Part shown: positions 24,300 through 37,154 of the stretch, piece after piece | Layout: the number at the start of each line of letters is the position of its first letter | Numbering within the stretch: the stretch's first letter is position 1 | Assembly: GCA_010093995.1 (NCBI GenBank) | Contig: ML992519.1 | Coordinates: 45,240-99,839 of the forward strand | DNA length: 54,600 nt | DNA from: Elsinoe ampelina | Taxonomy: Eukaryota | Reading direction: 5' to 3' | The notes under the pieces: generated by a model | The model's input: only the letters and a program-made list of their open reading frames with translations | Told to the model about the DNA's origin: nothing | The model's database searches: none | Position numbers and translations under genes: made by a program

Positions 24300-25612
24300 C
24301 TACACTGGTCTCAGATCGATTGCGCACGGCCAAGCGCGGCGAATTGGATGTATTGCATCGACACGCCACCCTGACTTCTCGGCCAGGTCTCTCCAACTCC
24401 TTGCTGATCTCTCCTGACCATTCACCGTGATCATCATGATCAGATCGCCGTACCGCGGAAGTCTTGAGCTTCTACCAGGTTCTTTCACTGACTCGAAGAC
24501 CAATAATCGAGATAATGGCGATGCGACGATGTCTCGACGGATGGTGGTGAAGATTCGAATTACGTCCTCGTCCGACCAATCGTGGAGGCACCACTTCATC
24601 GTGTATACCTTGGAAGCTGGTACTTGCTGGAAGAAGTCGCCGGCGTGAAACCCAGCAGTCAATCGGTCTCGAATGTCCGCGTATGCACTGTTGGGTTTCA
24701 GAAACTCGGCTTCCGCCCTCTCAATGACAGACGGCAAATCCAACATTCCAGCTGTCATATTAGGCTGTTTTCGGAGAATAGCGGCGAGAAAATCCCCCGA
24801 GCCCCCACCGATATCAATGAAGCTTTCGTTGGCAATATCGTCGAAAGGATAGTCGACTGCAAGTGCCATTGACTGAGCAACGGCTCCAGCTCCAAGAGTT
24901 CGATGAAACTTGTCCAGGAGCCCGACCTCTGCCATGTAGTCGAAGAGACCTTTTTCCGTGCCCCATGCAATTTGTGCGGCGCTGCGACGCTCACCCACAG
25001 ACACTGCTTCCGGCATGGCTCGACAGACGTCGTAGAAGTCCGTTCCGTAAAGATCTGACCAGAGATGCCATTGCGTCCAGTGGTCTTTTTGTAGCAGTTC
25101 AGAGGCTCGATTGTTCCTGTACACTTGTGCCACTTCATCAAAGGTGAAAACTCCCTGATTGATCATCATATCCATCAATTGGGAGAGGCGGTCCGGCTGA
25201 ATACTAGAACGGGAAGCAAGGTCCGGCAACGAGAGCCCGCTGTCGATACAAAGATGATCCGGTACATTGTTCTTGACCAGCGTCCATAGCGCCTTGGTCT
25301 GCAAATAACCTGTCAAAGCGGTCAGGTCAGACGAACTGTGCAAACAAGACAGCTCTTACCAAAGAAGACATCTGTGAGTAGTGAGACAGAGGGCACCAAC
25401 GCCTGACTCACTTGCTCTAATGAATTCACGACACTGCTGCAAAGTGATTCAAAGTCTTTGTTCGGCAATCTATCCGGATCGTGTAGAGCCCGATAGACCG
25501 TTTGCGATGTGTCTATACTCTGCAGGGAGTCTCTGACGTTCTCAGCGTCTCGCTTCAAGGTCTCCAGATGAGCTGACAGCCTAGCGAGAGTGGCAGCGTC
25601 GTTCGCCATCAT
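24300..25612 (-). CDS. gliM: O-methyltransferase (Methyltransf_2 family), GliM/SirM-type; one intron ~25310-25358
   Basis: DHWTQWHLWSDLYG, SAM-binding FIDIGGGSG, FHAGDFF, catalytic YTMKWCLHDWSD, PRYGDLIMM...NGQER. Confidence 0.85.
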
Positions 25613-25817
25613 TGCAAATCAAAGAAACTTAGGCTTTCTATTCAAAACTGTTCTGCCGCCTGAGGTATCGAGTACTTATCACTTGTCGCCGACCGCGATC
25701 TTCGCATTCCGACGAGGTGAGCTTGGTCAACGGCAGTCGAGTGAAACCCGAGTGTCAAGGGTAGAAAACAGATGCGCCAGCACGAGCTCCGACTGCAACT
25801 GAGACGCAGCGTCATCA

Positions 25818-27258
25818 ATGGCTTCTATCGCTGATATTAACACATTGGTCGAGGAGATTTTGAGCAAGACTCCGCTCACAGGGAAGGCCGGAATTGTATC
25901 AAGTTGAATGATTCTTCGACTGACTATGCCCAGATGGACATAACGACTTTCCCTACATGCTCCGGGGAGCTTATCAAAACGATCTGGATGCCGAGAATTC
26001 CAATGTCACATCCATGCCGGTGATGCATACTGATCTGGCTCGACTACAAGCAGGCAAGATCGGGTGTCAATTCTGGAGCGCCTACGTGCCATGGTAAGCT
26101 CACCTGTCCCTTCTCATTCCTTACTAATGTCCAATGTCAAGCCCGACTATGGCAGACGGCGATGATCCAACCAATCAAAGCTTGTTCCTTCCTTCTCTGC
26201 TTCATACCCTCCAACAGATTGATGTGATTCGCAATCTTGTTGAGAAGTATCCGAAGGTGCTCGGCATGGCATCCTCGGCAAACGAGATTGTAGAGGTTTT
26301 TGAATCAGGACGGGTCGCGAGTCTGATCGGTGTTGAAGGGTTGCATCAAATTGGGAATAGCGCCAGCGTTCTCCGCAATTTCCATCGCCTTGGTGTCCGA
26401 TATGTGACATTGACTCACAACAGCAACAATCTCTATGCAGATGCCGCAGTAAGTACAATGCATGTAGACACAATACACGGATCAAGAAGCTGATACACGT
26501 CCAACAGACGTCCAAGCCACTTCACGGTGGGCTTTCCCAGCAAGGAAAAGACATGATTCTTGAGTTGAACAGGATCGGAATGTGGGTCTCACGACACGTC
26601 TTGATAAGTGGCTGAAGTTAGGACAGGCTGGTCGATCTCTCACATACATCTGCCCAGACACAGAAACAGGCCCTACAAACCTCGCAAGCACCCCTCATCT
26701 ACTCGCACTCTTCATGGTAGGGTCATGCTTTTTTTAGGTCACGTCATGCTTCCTGAGCGACTGACTCATAGCAGCGATGGACTCTGCCCCAGCCCACGCA
26801 ACGTGACGGACGATAACCTGGAACTGTTGAAGTTAAATCGAGGCCTGATCATGATCTCATTTCTTCGGGACCTAACAGCGACGACCCCGGAGGACGCGAC
26901 GCTGGACAATGTTGCAGATCATATTATTTATGCTGGACAAAAGATTGGTTATGAACATGTTGGTATCGGCTCTGACTTTGACGGCTTCATGACTGGACCT
27001 CGTGGTTTGGAGGACGTGTCCAAGTTCCCCGCTCTGGTGGAGCAACTGGCCCGCAGGGGCTTGAATGAGCAAGACATCAAAGGGATAGCAGGCCTCAATT
27101 TGATCCGCGTGCTAAGTGAAGCAGAGGACGTGTCCGATCGGCTGAAGAAGGCTGGGCAAAGAGCAATGGTCGACGTAATCAAGCCTGTCTGGTCCCCTGA
27201 AGTCAGAGCCCAAATCTGGCGAACGAGGCTCGACCAACGAGCACGCGGCGGATTCTAG
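25818..27258 (+). CDS. gliJ: Membrane dipeptidase (M19 family), GliJ/SirJ-type Cys-Gly dipeptidase; 5 introns, first donor non-canonical
   Basis: Spliced product has PLT-DGHNDF, HTDLARLQAGKIGCQFWSAYVP, LIGVEGLHQIGNS, YVTLTHN, VDLSHTS and HVGIGSDFDG. Divergent from gliM. Confidence 0.85.
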
Positions 27259-28042
27259 TTCTTTGGACATGTCTGACGGCGGTCGTAATGCGAGGTGTGA
27301 AACCCGCCTTAGCCTGACAGATGGAGGAATCAATTACTCTTGGCACGGTCTCAGTTCAAGACTTGTTTCACCTTTGAGCCCAGCAGTCATCTTTCGGAAT
27401 AGCTTCCCGGGCCTTGGAAGGACTCCAAAGGAGGAATGCCCATGATGACGTACCCTCGATATGTCGAGTCAGCGTTACGACGGGTCCGACCAGTCTGTGC
27501 GGACTTGGTTGTAAATAGGGCTCACGATGATCGGCAACCAACCACGGGAACACTCGGTGAGGGTTTTCTTGGTGGGGTTAATGACAAGCTTTCTGAAAAC
27601 CAGGGCTCTACTGATGACTTGGTATAGGGTACTCGACAGATGCTCAGCGAGGGGAAACAGAAAGTCGTGCTGCTTTGTACCCTAAATTGACCCCAATTGC
27701 TGCCCTTGCCAAGAAATACTTTGCTCGGGGCAAAATCGGTTAGAATGAGAGTTGTATGTGGCTGAACAAGTCATGTTCAAGCTTTTGTTGGTTGTCAATA
27801 GTCCAAATTGAGGCTCGGCCATTTGCGACCTCACTTGACTTGTTACATCACACTCGCTGTTTCATACTTCGGGACCACTTTCGCCCTTATCCTTGCTGGC
27901 GAACGGACTGATAGATCATCGGGATGCTGGGTAGGGATTGGAGAAACTACACTATACCATAAGCTTCAAAGCAGCAGGTGGTGGATGATGCAAGTGACGG
28001 GCTAGTGGTTAGAGGTATCGGATTGTACACTAGATTGTTCGG

Positions 28043-30297
28043 TCACATGGAAGCCGAAGCAGTGGTCGTCGCCGGAGCCACTGGCCTGCGACTCGGCAAG
28101 ACAATGGCTTCTTCACTGCCGAGTCTATGCAGTCTATGACTAGTTGCTGCGATCCTTGGTCGTTGGCTTTCAGCACGGATTCTACTCTCTGGCAAACCTT
28201 TCCGATCGCAGTCAGTGTGTGACGATGAGGCTTCAGCGACCTTGTCAGCGACCATTGAGACCTCCAATTCTCTGGGCCGTTCATGCACGGCATCAAGCTT
28301 GATATTGCTTTCTTCGGCCATTGGGATGTATTCTTCCTTCACGTTGAGCCACGGTATACAAAGAGCGCCCACCAGACTCAATCCTGCAGCTGCTGAAGCC
28401 AAGTAGAACACCTGTGCTTCAATCACTTGCCCGTTCTTGTGTCTCTGGGTTGACTCACCTGCACCAGACTGTCATTGTATGCATCCCTCAGTGTCTCGAC
28501 ATCGTCTGCATCTACAAGCTCTGCCAGCTTGGTTGCACCCTCGCCGAAAAGTCTCGACGGATCTACAGGAAGCTTCCTGGATGAGACTTCCTGCACGAGA
28601 CGATTATTCAGAATATTCTGGGCTGCAGCAATGAAGACCGCCCCCGAGAAATTCTGCATGAAGACTTGTATCGCAGTCCCTTCGGCGATCTGTTCCGGCG
28701 GTAGTGCGGTCTGCACAGCTATGATGGGTTGTTGGTAGCCCTAACGAGTAAGTCTATGACAGACAAGCATACTGGCCGCATACGTACAAGGCCAACTCCT
28801 GCTCCGAGCAGAACCTGATATCCGATCCATCTAGCCGTCGATGTGGAGATGGAGAGAGTGGATAGTAATCCACCTCCCTGGAAAGTGTCAATCATAGACG
28901 AACAACCTGCTATCCGCATACTTTGACCTACAATGGATGTCAGGATTGCAGCCAGGATACAAGCCCAAGTATAATATCCCGTAGCAAAAACGAGAGCTCC
29001 TGACCCTAGCGACAAGCTCACCACCGACAGAAGTGTCGGGATGCTATTGATGCCGCTTTGGACAGCTGTATCTCCTCTGATGGCCTGGAACCACAGGGGA
29101 AGATAATAAGTGGCGATGAAAAAAGCGCCTGAAATGAGGAACAAGAAGATGGCACAGCTCCAAACAGAGCGGTTGGCAACCACGGTCGGAGGTATCGTGG
29201 CTTGGGCTCCATTCCGGACTTGGATGATTGCGAATCCGCAAAGCAGCACCACAGCTATACATAGTAAGAGTATGATTCGCCAATCACTCCAAGGAAACCT
29301 GGAGCCTCCCCATTGTAGTGCGAGCAACAGGGAGACAATCGCTGGGAGGAAGGTAGCAAGTCCGAAGAGATCGATCTCGGAGATCTTGGATCTCCAAGGG
29401 AGGTCCCATCGCGGATTGCGTCCGTCTGTTTTCGAGCAGAAGAGTATCACACAAACAGCAGTGCTCAATCCGAGTGGGAGGTTGATGAAGAAGCAGAGTC
29501 GCCAGGTGATTTTGTCCGTGAACACTCCACCGAGCCTGCGCGATCCCTCAGTGAGAGCGAACACTGACCGATCCCAAACTCACAATGGACCTGCGACACT
29601 TGCCAAAGCCGACACCCCGCCTATCATGCCATTGAATAATGACCGCTTCGCCAGCGGTACCGACTGCGAGACGATGAGCAGAGCACCCGAATACACACCT
29701 CCACAGCCAACTCCCGCCACAGTCCGGCCAAAAATTAAGGTGAAGGAGTTGGGTGCCACGCCACAGATCAGACTTCCGGTCTCGAACCAGAAGAGCGCAG
29801 ACAGGAATACCCATTTGATGGGGAAGAGGTTGTAGAGCTTGCCGTATGAGAGCTGGAAAGCACAGGTCGCGAGCTTGAGGGCAGTGTCAACATCCCATAA
29901 GATTTCTCGAGGTGAACCCTTACCAGGTAGCTGGATGCATACCACCTAGGCAACGGTCAGACCGACATTCATGCTGAAGAAGCACTTCAGTAACGAACCC
30001 TACGTCTTCGATCGATCGAAAATCATCTGTGATACGGGGTATGGCGGTGGCGAGAATGGTGTCTTTCCGACCGTTAGTATCTGAAGCCTCAGTATCAACG
30101 CAGCCACCCACAGTCTAAAGCAAGGCAGAACGCCGCCAGACATAGCCTGTTCATCTATCAGCCGCTCAAATCTAATGACAACAGTTTGGATACACTCACG
30201 AGATGAATAGAAGGTAGAATTTGACAGGTGAGACTTCTAAAGGCCATCTCTTGTCTGGTGCGTCCTCGTCCGTTCTGTGGCAAGATGATGCAGTCAT
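28043..30297 (-). CDS. gliA: MFS toxin efflux pump (DHA2/14-TMS), GliA-type; multi-exon
   Basis: Spliced product has TILATAIPRITDDF, FQLSYGKLY, FETGSLICGVAPNS, GRTVAGVG, WRLCFFINLPLG, LQWGGSRFPW and YYLPLWFQAIRG. Start MTASSCHR inferred at 30297. Confidence 0.85.
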
Positions 30298-30959
30298 TGT
30301 TCGTCCGGAATGCTGGCAATGTCTGTACTACTGCTACACCATGAATCTGAGATCGAAGAGACACTGGTAAAAGGGCATCGATTCGGCCTCGCGGGTGTCC
30401 TGTCCGGCTTTCGACAAGGGGGCACACAAGCACAGGACCCTTGCGTGGAGAACTCGTATGCTCGAAGACACGATACAAGGTATTGAACACAGTGACGGTG
30501 ACTGTTTGGCAGATGCTTAATTTATCGGAATCTTGAAGTGCCTGTGCTGCAGTGCTGACGTGGCGGCGAGGAGGCAGCATTGGCGGTCTGCAGTCCCTGC
30601 GCGAAATTGCATGGTGGCATCGACGACTAAGCCCTCGTAATTGGGTACATGGATTCTCGGTCATCGATTTGGCTGCGGGGGTGGCTTCGCCAAAGCGCTG
30701 TCAATAAGTTATGCAGGCAAGACACGAGTTGGAGATGGGCAGTAAATGTCTCCGACGTGGCAGGTTGAAAAGTCGCCGAAGGTGGGAAAAGTCTCCGAGC
30801 TACGATCAGTGCATCACGGTTTGGCACAGGAGGGCAAGTACATGCTGATGCGCAGGGGAAAAGGGATCAGTTCGAGATGATCATCTCTTCGAGGGTTCCA
30901 ATGGTTGCTTACAGATCTCGTTAGGGTCTGAACAGAGTGTGATGAGACTGGCTTCCTGA

Positions 30960-31959
30960 TCAAGTCTGCGTGCCAGTGGACACCTTCTGACCAACTACGG
31001 TAATGAATTTCAATCCAGTGAACATCTCGTCCATATCTTTGGGTATGTTTCTCACAACTTCGTCGTAGACCTTGTCTTGCAAACCAAGATGTGCCGCACT
31101 ACGAGTGTCAGCCTGTAGTCACGCACGCTTCACCAGCTGACCTACCCGTACGCCTTCTTATGGAAGTCCACGATATTCATAATGGCTTTCCGCCCTCTCA
31201 TACCAATCTCAAGATTTTCGTGCGATTTTCCGATTGGTATGTCCCACTCCTTCAGCTCTATGTTCTCAAAACCGAGCGACTTCAGATGCCCGGCCACCTT
31301 TGGCAGACAATTGGCGTCCTTGAGGAATCGCTGCAGGATTTCGTGAACGTAGCGGTAGGATTGTGCACGACTATCTGCGATGACTGTTGCCACATCGCCT
31401 TCGAGAAACTGTATCCATCCACCCGGCTTCACGCATTCAGCAAGTGCTCGAGTGGCCTTTTCCAAATCTCTTTCCAGGAACTGAGAAGCAACCAGGCGTT
31501 GATTCACCAGGTCAAAGCGCTCAGTCCAGTCTGCTGGCAGTGTATCTAGCAAAGATGCCTCGACCAACTGCAGGTTATCTGGGAGGAGGGAGGGTTCCGG
31601 AAATAGCTCTGATCTTTGGGCTATTTAGAAACCTGTCCAAACATGCTCGTACTAGTACTCACGCAATATCGAATCCCACCATCTGGACCTCACTTGGGAG
31701 AGCCCGTCGCAAGTCGAGCAACCAGGTTCCTTGCAAACATCAGAAATGGGTACATGTTCATGAACATCAGCTTTGACTGACCATCTGCCGTAGCTGAATC
31801 GAGAACTTCAGCTTTCTGATTGGTGAAATCGAATGGACAATGCACTATCCTGTGCATCGCCAGCTTCAACCACTCATGCTGTGTCTTCAGTCGCTCGATC
31901 TCTGCATTCGAGAACTCCATGGGGTAGGTGGTCCTCGCTGTATTGGTGTCTCCCGCCAT
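30960..31959 (-). CDS. gliN: SAM-dependent methyltransferase, GliN/SirN-type N-methyltransferase; 3 introns
   Basis: YPM...EIERLKTQHEWL, VLDSATADG-TWL, MVGFDI, FDLVNQRLV, ECVKPGGWIQFLE. The last exon ends ...VVGQKVSTGTQT*. Confidence 0.75.
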
Positions 31960-32142
31960 GATTGCAGATGTATGAATCTGGTGGTCTTGCAAAAAGGCTT
32001 GATAGTTGCTGGTCTCGATATGGGCAATCAATTGTAGAAGATCCGAAACGGATCAACGTCAACCTCTTGCAACACAGAAGCTATGGCCGACAATGTTCCA
32101 TGAAACTGGACAGATAGCGGGCTCATGGGTCTCGACACAATC

Positions 32143-32153
32143 TCGGAGTCCGA
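32143..32153. promoter_or_regulatory. GliZ-type box TCGG-AGT-CCGA upstream of the gliN-like gene
   Basis: Exact consensus match ~185 bp upstream of the ATG at 31959. Confidence 0.65.
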
Positions 32154-32228
32154 TCGCTTGTGACACTATGGTTGTATGATCTCCCGAGTCTCGGACCGCA
32201 AGTGGCAGAGGCACTCTTTCCGGTTCAC

Positions 32229-33568
32229 TCAACTCAAAGGCTGTGTATTGTACATGGCTTCTATCCTTGTGATGGCTTGAAGCAAAGTGTGAGTCGGAAC
32301 CGCAAAAGAAATACGAGCCCAGCCTTTCTCGTCCTCAGGCATGTGGTAGGCTCGCCCAGGGCTCACCTTGACCCCAAATCTCAACATTGTCTCGATCGCC
32401 AGGCTCTCCTCCTCCCACGACTGCGCGCTTGGTGCAATTCGTGCCATGACAAATAAGCCCCCGGTAGTTGGCAGGTAACGTATATCCTTTGCGGCAAGAT
32501 ACCCCGTCAAAATCCTGTAAGATGCGACCAACCGAGCTTGATTGGTTTGTAGAATAGCGTCAAAGCTCGCACATTCTAGCAAATGGCCGAGTGCTACAGC
32601 GCTCATTGAGGAGACCTGGAGCGCCGATGCAGTTGCAATAGTTTGGCGTAGGTTGAGATTCTCCGGGATCACTACACATCCCTAAAATTGGCTCAGCATA
32701 TATTCTGGCATTCAATGATGGAATCCCTTACAACTCTGATGCCACTGCTTCCAAGCGCTTTGCTGGAGCCCCAGAGGACACTGACACGCGACAGGTCGAA
32801 TCCTACATCCTCCGGACACAGTTCGAGGATGGAAACAAAGCCTTCGTCCCGCTGTAATGTTGAGGACGGGAACATTGTCAAGGCATAGATCTCATCGGAG
32901 ATCAGCTGAAGCTTGTGGCGCTCGCAGAAACGGACGAGCTCTTCAAGGACTGTTCTAGAATAACATCGTGTGATCGGGTTATTCGGATTTGTGATGATCA
33001 GTGCTTTCACCGGACATGTCGCTTCTCCGAGCGCTTTTTCTAGTTGAGAGACTAGATCTACGCAGTTGCAGTCATCCACAGTTGACGTATACACGGGCAA
33101 AGGAGTAACTTTCGCCCGAAGATCTGACCAGAAGTCAAAGCCATCTAGACAAGGTCAGCATTGTTCTGATAGCAGAAAAGGGACCTCGTGGGCGGCACCG
33201 TACTCCAGTAGGGTGCAGGTATGAGCACACCATCACCGGGCTCGCAAATTTGCAACAGCAAGGCTTCCAGGCATGATGTCGCTCCTGGTCCTACAGCTAT
33301 GTCTTTGGTGGTAATCTCGCGATGTGGACGAAAGTACTTGTTGAAAAACTCGGCCAGGCTGTTGAGAAGCGAGGGAAGGCCATTGGCATCCGGTGGGTAT
33401 GATAGGGACTGTGAAAGGGTCAGCATACGGTCACGACTCTCAGGCATCTTTGTGACAGACACTGGAGGTGAAATCGTCCTGAATGGCGTGCCTGTATGTC
33501 TCGACGAGCAAGTCCCGTACCAGCCAATTTTCAGCAATGGACAGATCCACAACTTCTTGACGCATCAT
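32229..33568 (-). CDS. gliI: PLP-dependent C-S lyase (aminotransferase class I/II, ACC-synthase-like), GliI/SirI-type; 3 introns
   Basis: VVDLSIAENWL, PGDGVLIPAPYW, ALIITNPNNP, LISDEIYA, PLP lysine motif WGSSKALGSSGIR, GWARISFA. Start codon uncertain. Confidence 0.85.
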
Positions 33569-33870
33569 GGCCGATTTTTGGCATACAGCCGGGATAGCTC
33601 AGCATCAAGCAACATCGTGAGAAAAGCTCTCTCTCTTGTCACTCGAGACCGGTGTCCGATGAGACTGACGGCGTCAGACGCAGAGTCGGCAAGGTGGGCA
33701 AGATTCAAGAGGGAGCAATCGTGATGTGGGGGGCAAGGCACAGGGGGCAAGGCACAGGGGGCAAAATTGCGTTTGCAATTTTCTGCCGTCCTCCCACACA
33801 CAACAACATTTTGATTCCATCGATGATTGCTTCTATGTATCGCACCTGAACTGTGTGGCCGGATTGATGT

Positions 33871-34503
33871 TCATCCTGTGGCATCGATCGTTTTCTTCCT
33901 GCATTCTTCGCTGGCCCAAACGGACAATTTCCCGCTCTTCTTCGCCTCCCTGATATGGTCTATTGTCGACGTCGCCACTTCGCGTGCAAGCTCTGGATAA
34001 TCCTTCTCGACCGTCTTTGCCTGATCACTACCAGCTTGCACGTTTTCCAGTCTCAATTGATACATGAGCGTGAAGGACAGATCGACACAGCTGGCGGACA
34101 CGACGGCTGCGGGATTATGAGATACCAACATAATCGTCTTGGATCCACTGTCCAGTGTTTCGGCTTCGACCTAGAGTCACAGGCCTCAGCTTCTTTGCCG
34201 ATCGATGGTGTGCGGCTGGATAGGGAGACATACCATGACCTCATCAACGATCTTGACTTGCTGGTGTATAGTCTGTCCTTTCACCGTGTGTACGCCTCCA
34301 TCCGCCATCGTCACAGTCCGGCCGAGGCGAGATCCTTCGGCACTCTCCCATACTACTTCCGAGCCAGCAGCATGCGCTGCAAAGTCATGCGGCGCACGGG
34401 CGGTGTGGATCATACCATGCCAAACATCCTGTCTCGTCAAGGTGGGACTAGTTCCTGGTGGGTTCACAGGGGTCGTGAAAGCGATATTGAACGTAAAAAC
34501 CAT
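33871..34503 (-). CDS. ataL: AtaL / DUF1857 family protein (START/Bet v1-like fold); 2 introns
   Basis: N-terminus MVFTFNIAFTTPVNPPGTSPTLTRQDVWHGM...P.DF and C-terminus ...STIDHIREAKKSGKL are typical of DUF1857. Confidence 0.72.
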
Positions 34504-34589
34504 CTCGAAGTCTTGGAAGTCACATATTAGATTTGGGACTTGAGCAGCATGTTTTTGAAGCAAGCGCTCCAGCTTAAGATCTACACCCT

Positions 34590-34600
34590 TCGGACCCCGA
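34590..34600. promoter_or_regulatory. GliZ-type box TCGG-ACC-CCGA upstream of the ataL-like gene
   Basis: Exact consensus match ~87 bp upstream of the ATG at 34503. Confidence 0.65.
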
Positions 34601-34653
34601 TGTCAATATGCCGATCCACCTCTTCGACTTTGGCGGTGACCTTTCCGGATGTA

Positions 34654-36195
34654 TCAATCGATCCGAGTACGAAGCTCGATATTGGCTTCAGCATTTGGAA
34701 AGATGGCCAAAGCTGCATATTTTGGTTGCGGCTTGGGCAATCCATCAGGCATGCGGATGTCATAGTGCATGATCAGATGGGCAAAGACAACTTTCAACTG
34801 AGCGCTTGCGAAGAACCTCCCTGGACAAGCCCACACTCCATGTCCGAAGTTGATGTTATCAGATCCCGTTGATGTGTGCTGGAATCTGTTCTCATTCTGG
34901 CCCTCTTGCGCCCTTAGTGCAGCAAATCTCCATGGCTTGAACGTTTCAGGATCTGGCCACAACGATTCCGACATGTTGATGGGCTGTGCTCGAATCATGA
35001 CACGAGAACCCATCGGAATCGTGTGTCCTGTGGAGAGCTCAAGGCCGTCCTTTGCAGTGACGATGCGAGGGATGTTCACTGCAACGATAACATTAGCGAC
35101 CTTGTGCCGGGAATTTGACTTTGACTAACCTAGAGATGGTGGACTGAGTCTTTGAGATTCCCTGAGGAAGCTGTCCATCTTTCTGAGCCGTCCAACATTG
35201 GACTTATCCACTTGACCTCCGGCTCCCACTACCTGCAACAACTCTTCTCGCAGTTCTTGGACGATGTCAGGTCGATCGGCCAAGTCGAACATGGCGTAGG
35301 TGAGTGCATTGGATAGATTGTATATTGACGCAAAGATAACCAGCAATAGATCCCGTGTCAGATCCTCAAGGGTTGGTGTTGAGGTATAGTTTGTAGGAAG
35401 CCAATCCAGAAGCTCACCTCCCGGTCCTTGTTTATCGTTTTTTCGAATAGCAATGTGTTTCGCCAGCTCCTGTCTGATGTACGCTTTGCTGGATTCCAAC
35501 TGGCGTGTCTCTGACAGGAATGCCCCTACGATCCGATGCAGCTGGCTCGGGACGAATCGAAGTCGGAGCCATGCCTTTGAGACCTGCCCAGTGAATGTGG
35601 TGACCGCGGCCACCCAGTCCGGTTCTCTGCTCAAAGGTAATCCGACGAAGGCTCGACTAGAAAGTATGCTTGCCATACGGAACATGGCGCTTCTCGGGTT
35701 GACTGTTAGCCAGTCCGAGCGGTCGATTCCGACTATAGCACGGAAGGCATATTCGACCTCGGCGGCAAACGATTCCAAGACTGTCGGAGTGTTTCTAACA
35801 AGATTGATGCGCATAGTTGCGTCGAATTCGTCGGCCTTGGTGCCCATATAGGAATACTCGCCCAAGAATTGGTCATGATGGTGCTTCTTGATAGAAAGTT
35901 GATCATCCGGTAGCGATTTCACAGTGTCGATTTCGGAGACTGGGAGCACGATAAGAGCTTGACCTGGTAGCACAAGCGCAAATGGCGTTGACGGGTAGTC
36001 TCGATGACCTTGTCGTAGTAAGTCTGTGATCTTGTTATCATCTCCGAAGGCATCGTAGACGGGTAATCCCAGAGAGTAGACATCCAGCCGCTGCTGACTC
36101 CAGAAGTACCATAGTGCGCTCACGACAAGACACAGCAGTGCTGTAAGGGCTGCAAAGATCATCCACTGACGGTGGTCATTGATATCCGGTTCCAT
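34654..36195 (-). CDS. gliF: Cytochrome P450, GliF/AtaF-type (ent-kaurene-oxidase-like clan); one intron ~35079-35130
   Basis: TM anchor, QFLGEYSYMG, SSRAFVGLPLSR, KMDSFLRESQRLSPP, heme motif FGHGVWACPGRFFA. Confidence 0.75.
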
Positions 36196-36288
36196 CGCTT
36201 CGACAGAAATTACCGCAACGCTTAGCTGATAGGGTATTGTCGCAGAGATGTGGACATCGCTTCGCAGAAGATAACTTTGTTTGGGCCA

Positions 36289-36299
36289 TCGGAGGCCGA
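36289..36299. promoter_or_regulatory. GliZ-type box TCGG-AGG-CCGA upstream of the gliF-like gene
   Basis: Exact consensus match ~94 bp upstream of the ATG at 36195. Confidence 0.65.
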
Positions 36300-36420
36300 T
36301 GTCAGACTGTGAGATCGTTTTCAATTCACTTTGCAAGAACTTGTAGCAGATCTCCGAGCGGTAGATACATTGATCGACTTACTCCAGTACAGACGGCTCC
36401 ACCGCCGTACCCGGTCCGCG

Positions 36421-37032
36421 TCAAGTCTTGCTCATCATTCCAAGAGCTTCTAGGTCCACACCCAACTCCGCAAACCTCTGAGTCACTGGTGAGAGATCGA
36501 CGCAAATATACATCTCTCGAATCCTATACTCCGTAGTAGGATCTTCTTCAATGGTAAAGACTGCGTGTGCACGAACGACCCTTCTCTGCTTTTCCGGATC
36601 CGCCTTGAGAACATGTGTAACATTCAACCTGGTCCAAACACGATTTCCGGCCACGTCTAGCTGCGTGTAAGCGATCGAAGCGTGCAAAGAGCCATCAACC
36701 TAATACGGACCCCAGAATTCAATATCATGCTTCAAGATATCCAGGGTAGCGAACGAGGATTGAAAGCCCTGATATGTAGTCAGGCAGCGGACCCAGCTGT
36801 CGACAGATCAAGCACGAAGTCTACCTTGATGACCTGTTCTTTTCCTTTAGAGACCGCTCCATTCCCCACAGTCTGGATAACATCCGAATCGATGTACTTC
36901 TCAAGCTTGCTGATGTCGAGGCTGTCGTCAGCCTCAAAGAACTACAATCCAACTTAGTATCAGAACATCGGGTGACAAGCGCCTCCATACTTTGATCAAC
37001 CATGCTCCGACTTTGTCTTGAACGTCCGACAT
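36421..37032 (-). CDS. Small SnoaL/NTF2-like protein (~150 aa, 4 exons)
   Basis: Exons join in frame across three GT-AG introns: MSDVQDKVGAWLIK|FFEADDSLD...VGNGAVSKGKEQVIK|GFQSSFATLDILKHDIEFW|DVAGNRVWTRLNVTHVLKADP...IREMYICVDLSPV. The pattern fits an NTF2 fold. Confidence 0.7.
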
Positions 37033-37106
37033 TTTTCTCCTCTTTGTGTTCGAAGGAGATAGTATGGACTGCCAGACTGATTCAATGCACTGTTTATCAC
37101 AGATAC

Positions 37107-37117
37107 TCGGCAACCGA
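37107..37117. promoter_or_regulatory. GliZ-type box TCGG-CAA-CCGA upstream of the SnoaL-like gene
   Basis: Exact consensus match ~75 bp upstream of the ATG at 37032. Confidence 0.65.
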
Positions 37118-37154
37118 AATTTCTCATAGACGTTCGAGTATGGCAAACAAGGAA

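Noticed and set aside
27259..28042. Longest convergent intergenic gap in the cluster, with short ORFs
   Set aside because: No motif, convincing inverted repeat or splice-supported gene was found. Most likely 3' UTR/terminator sequence.
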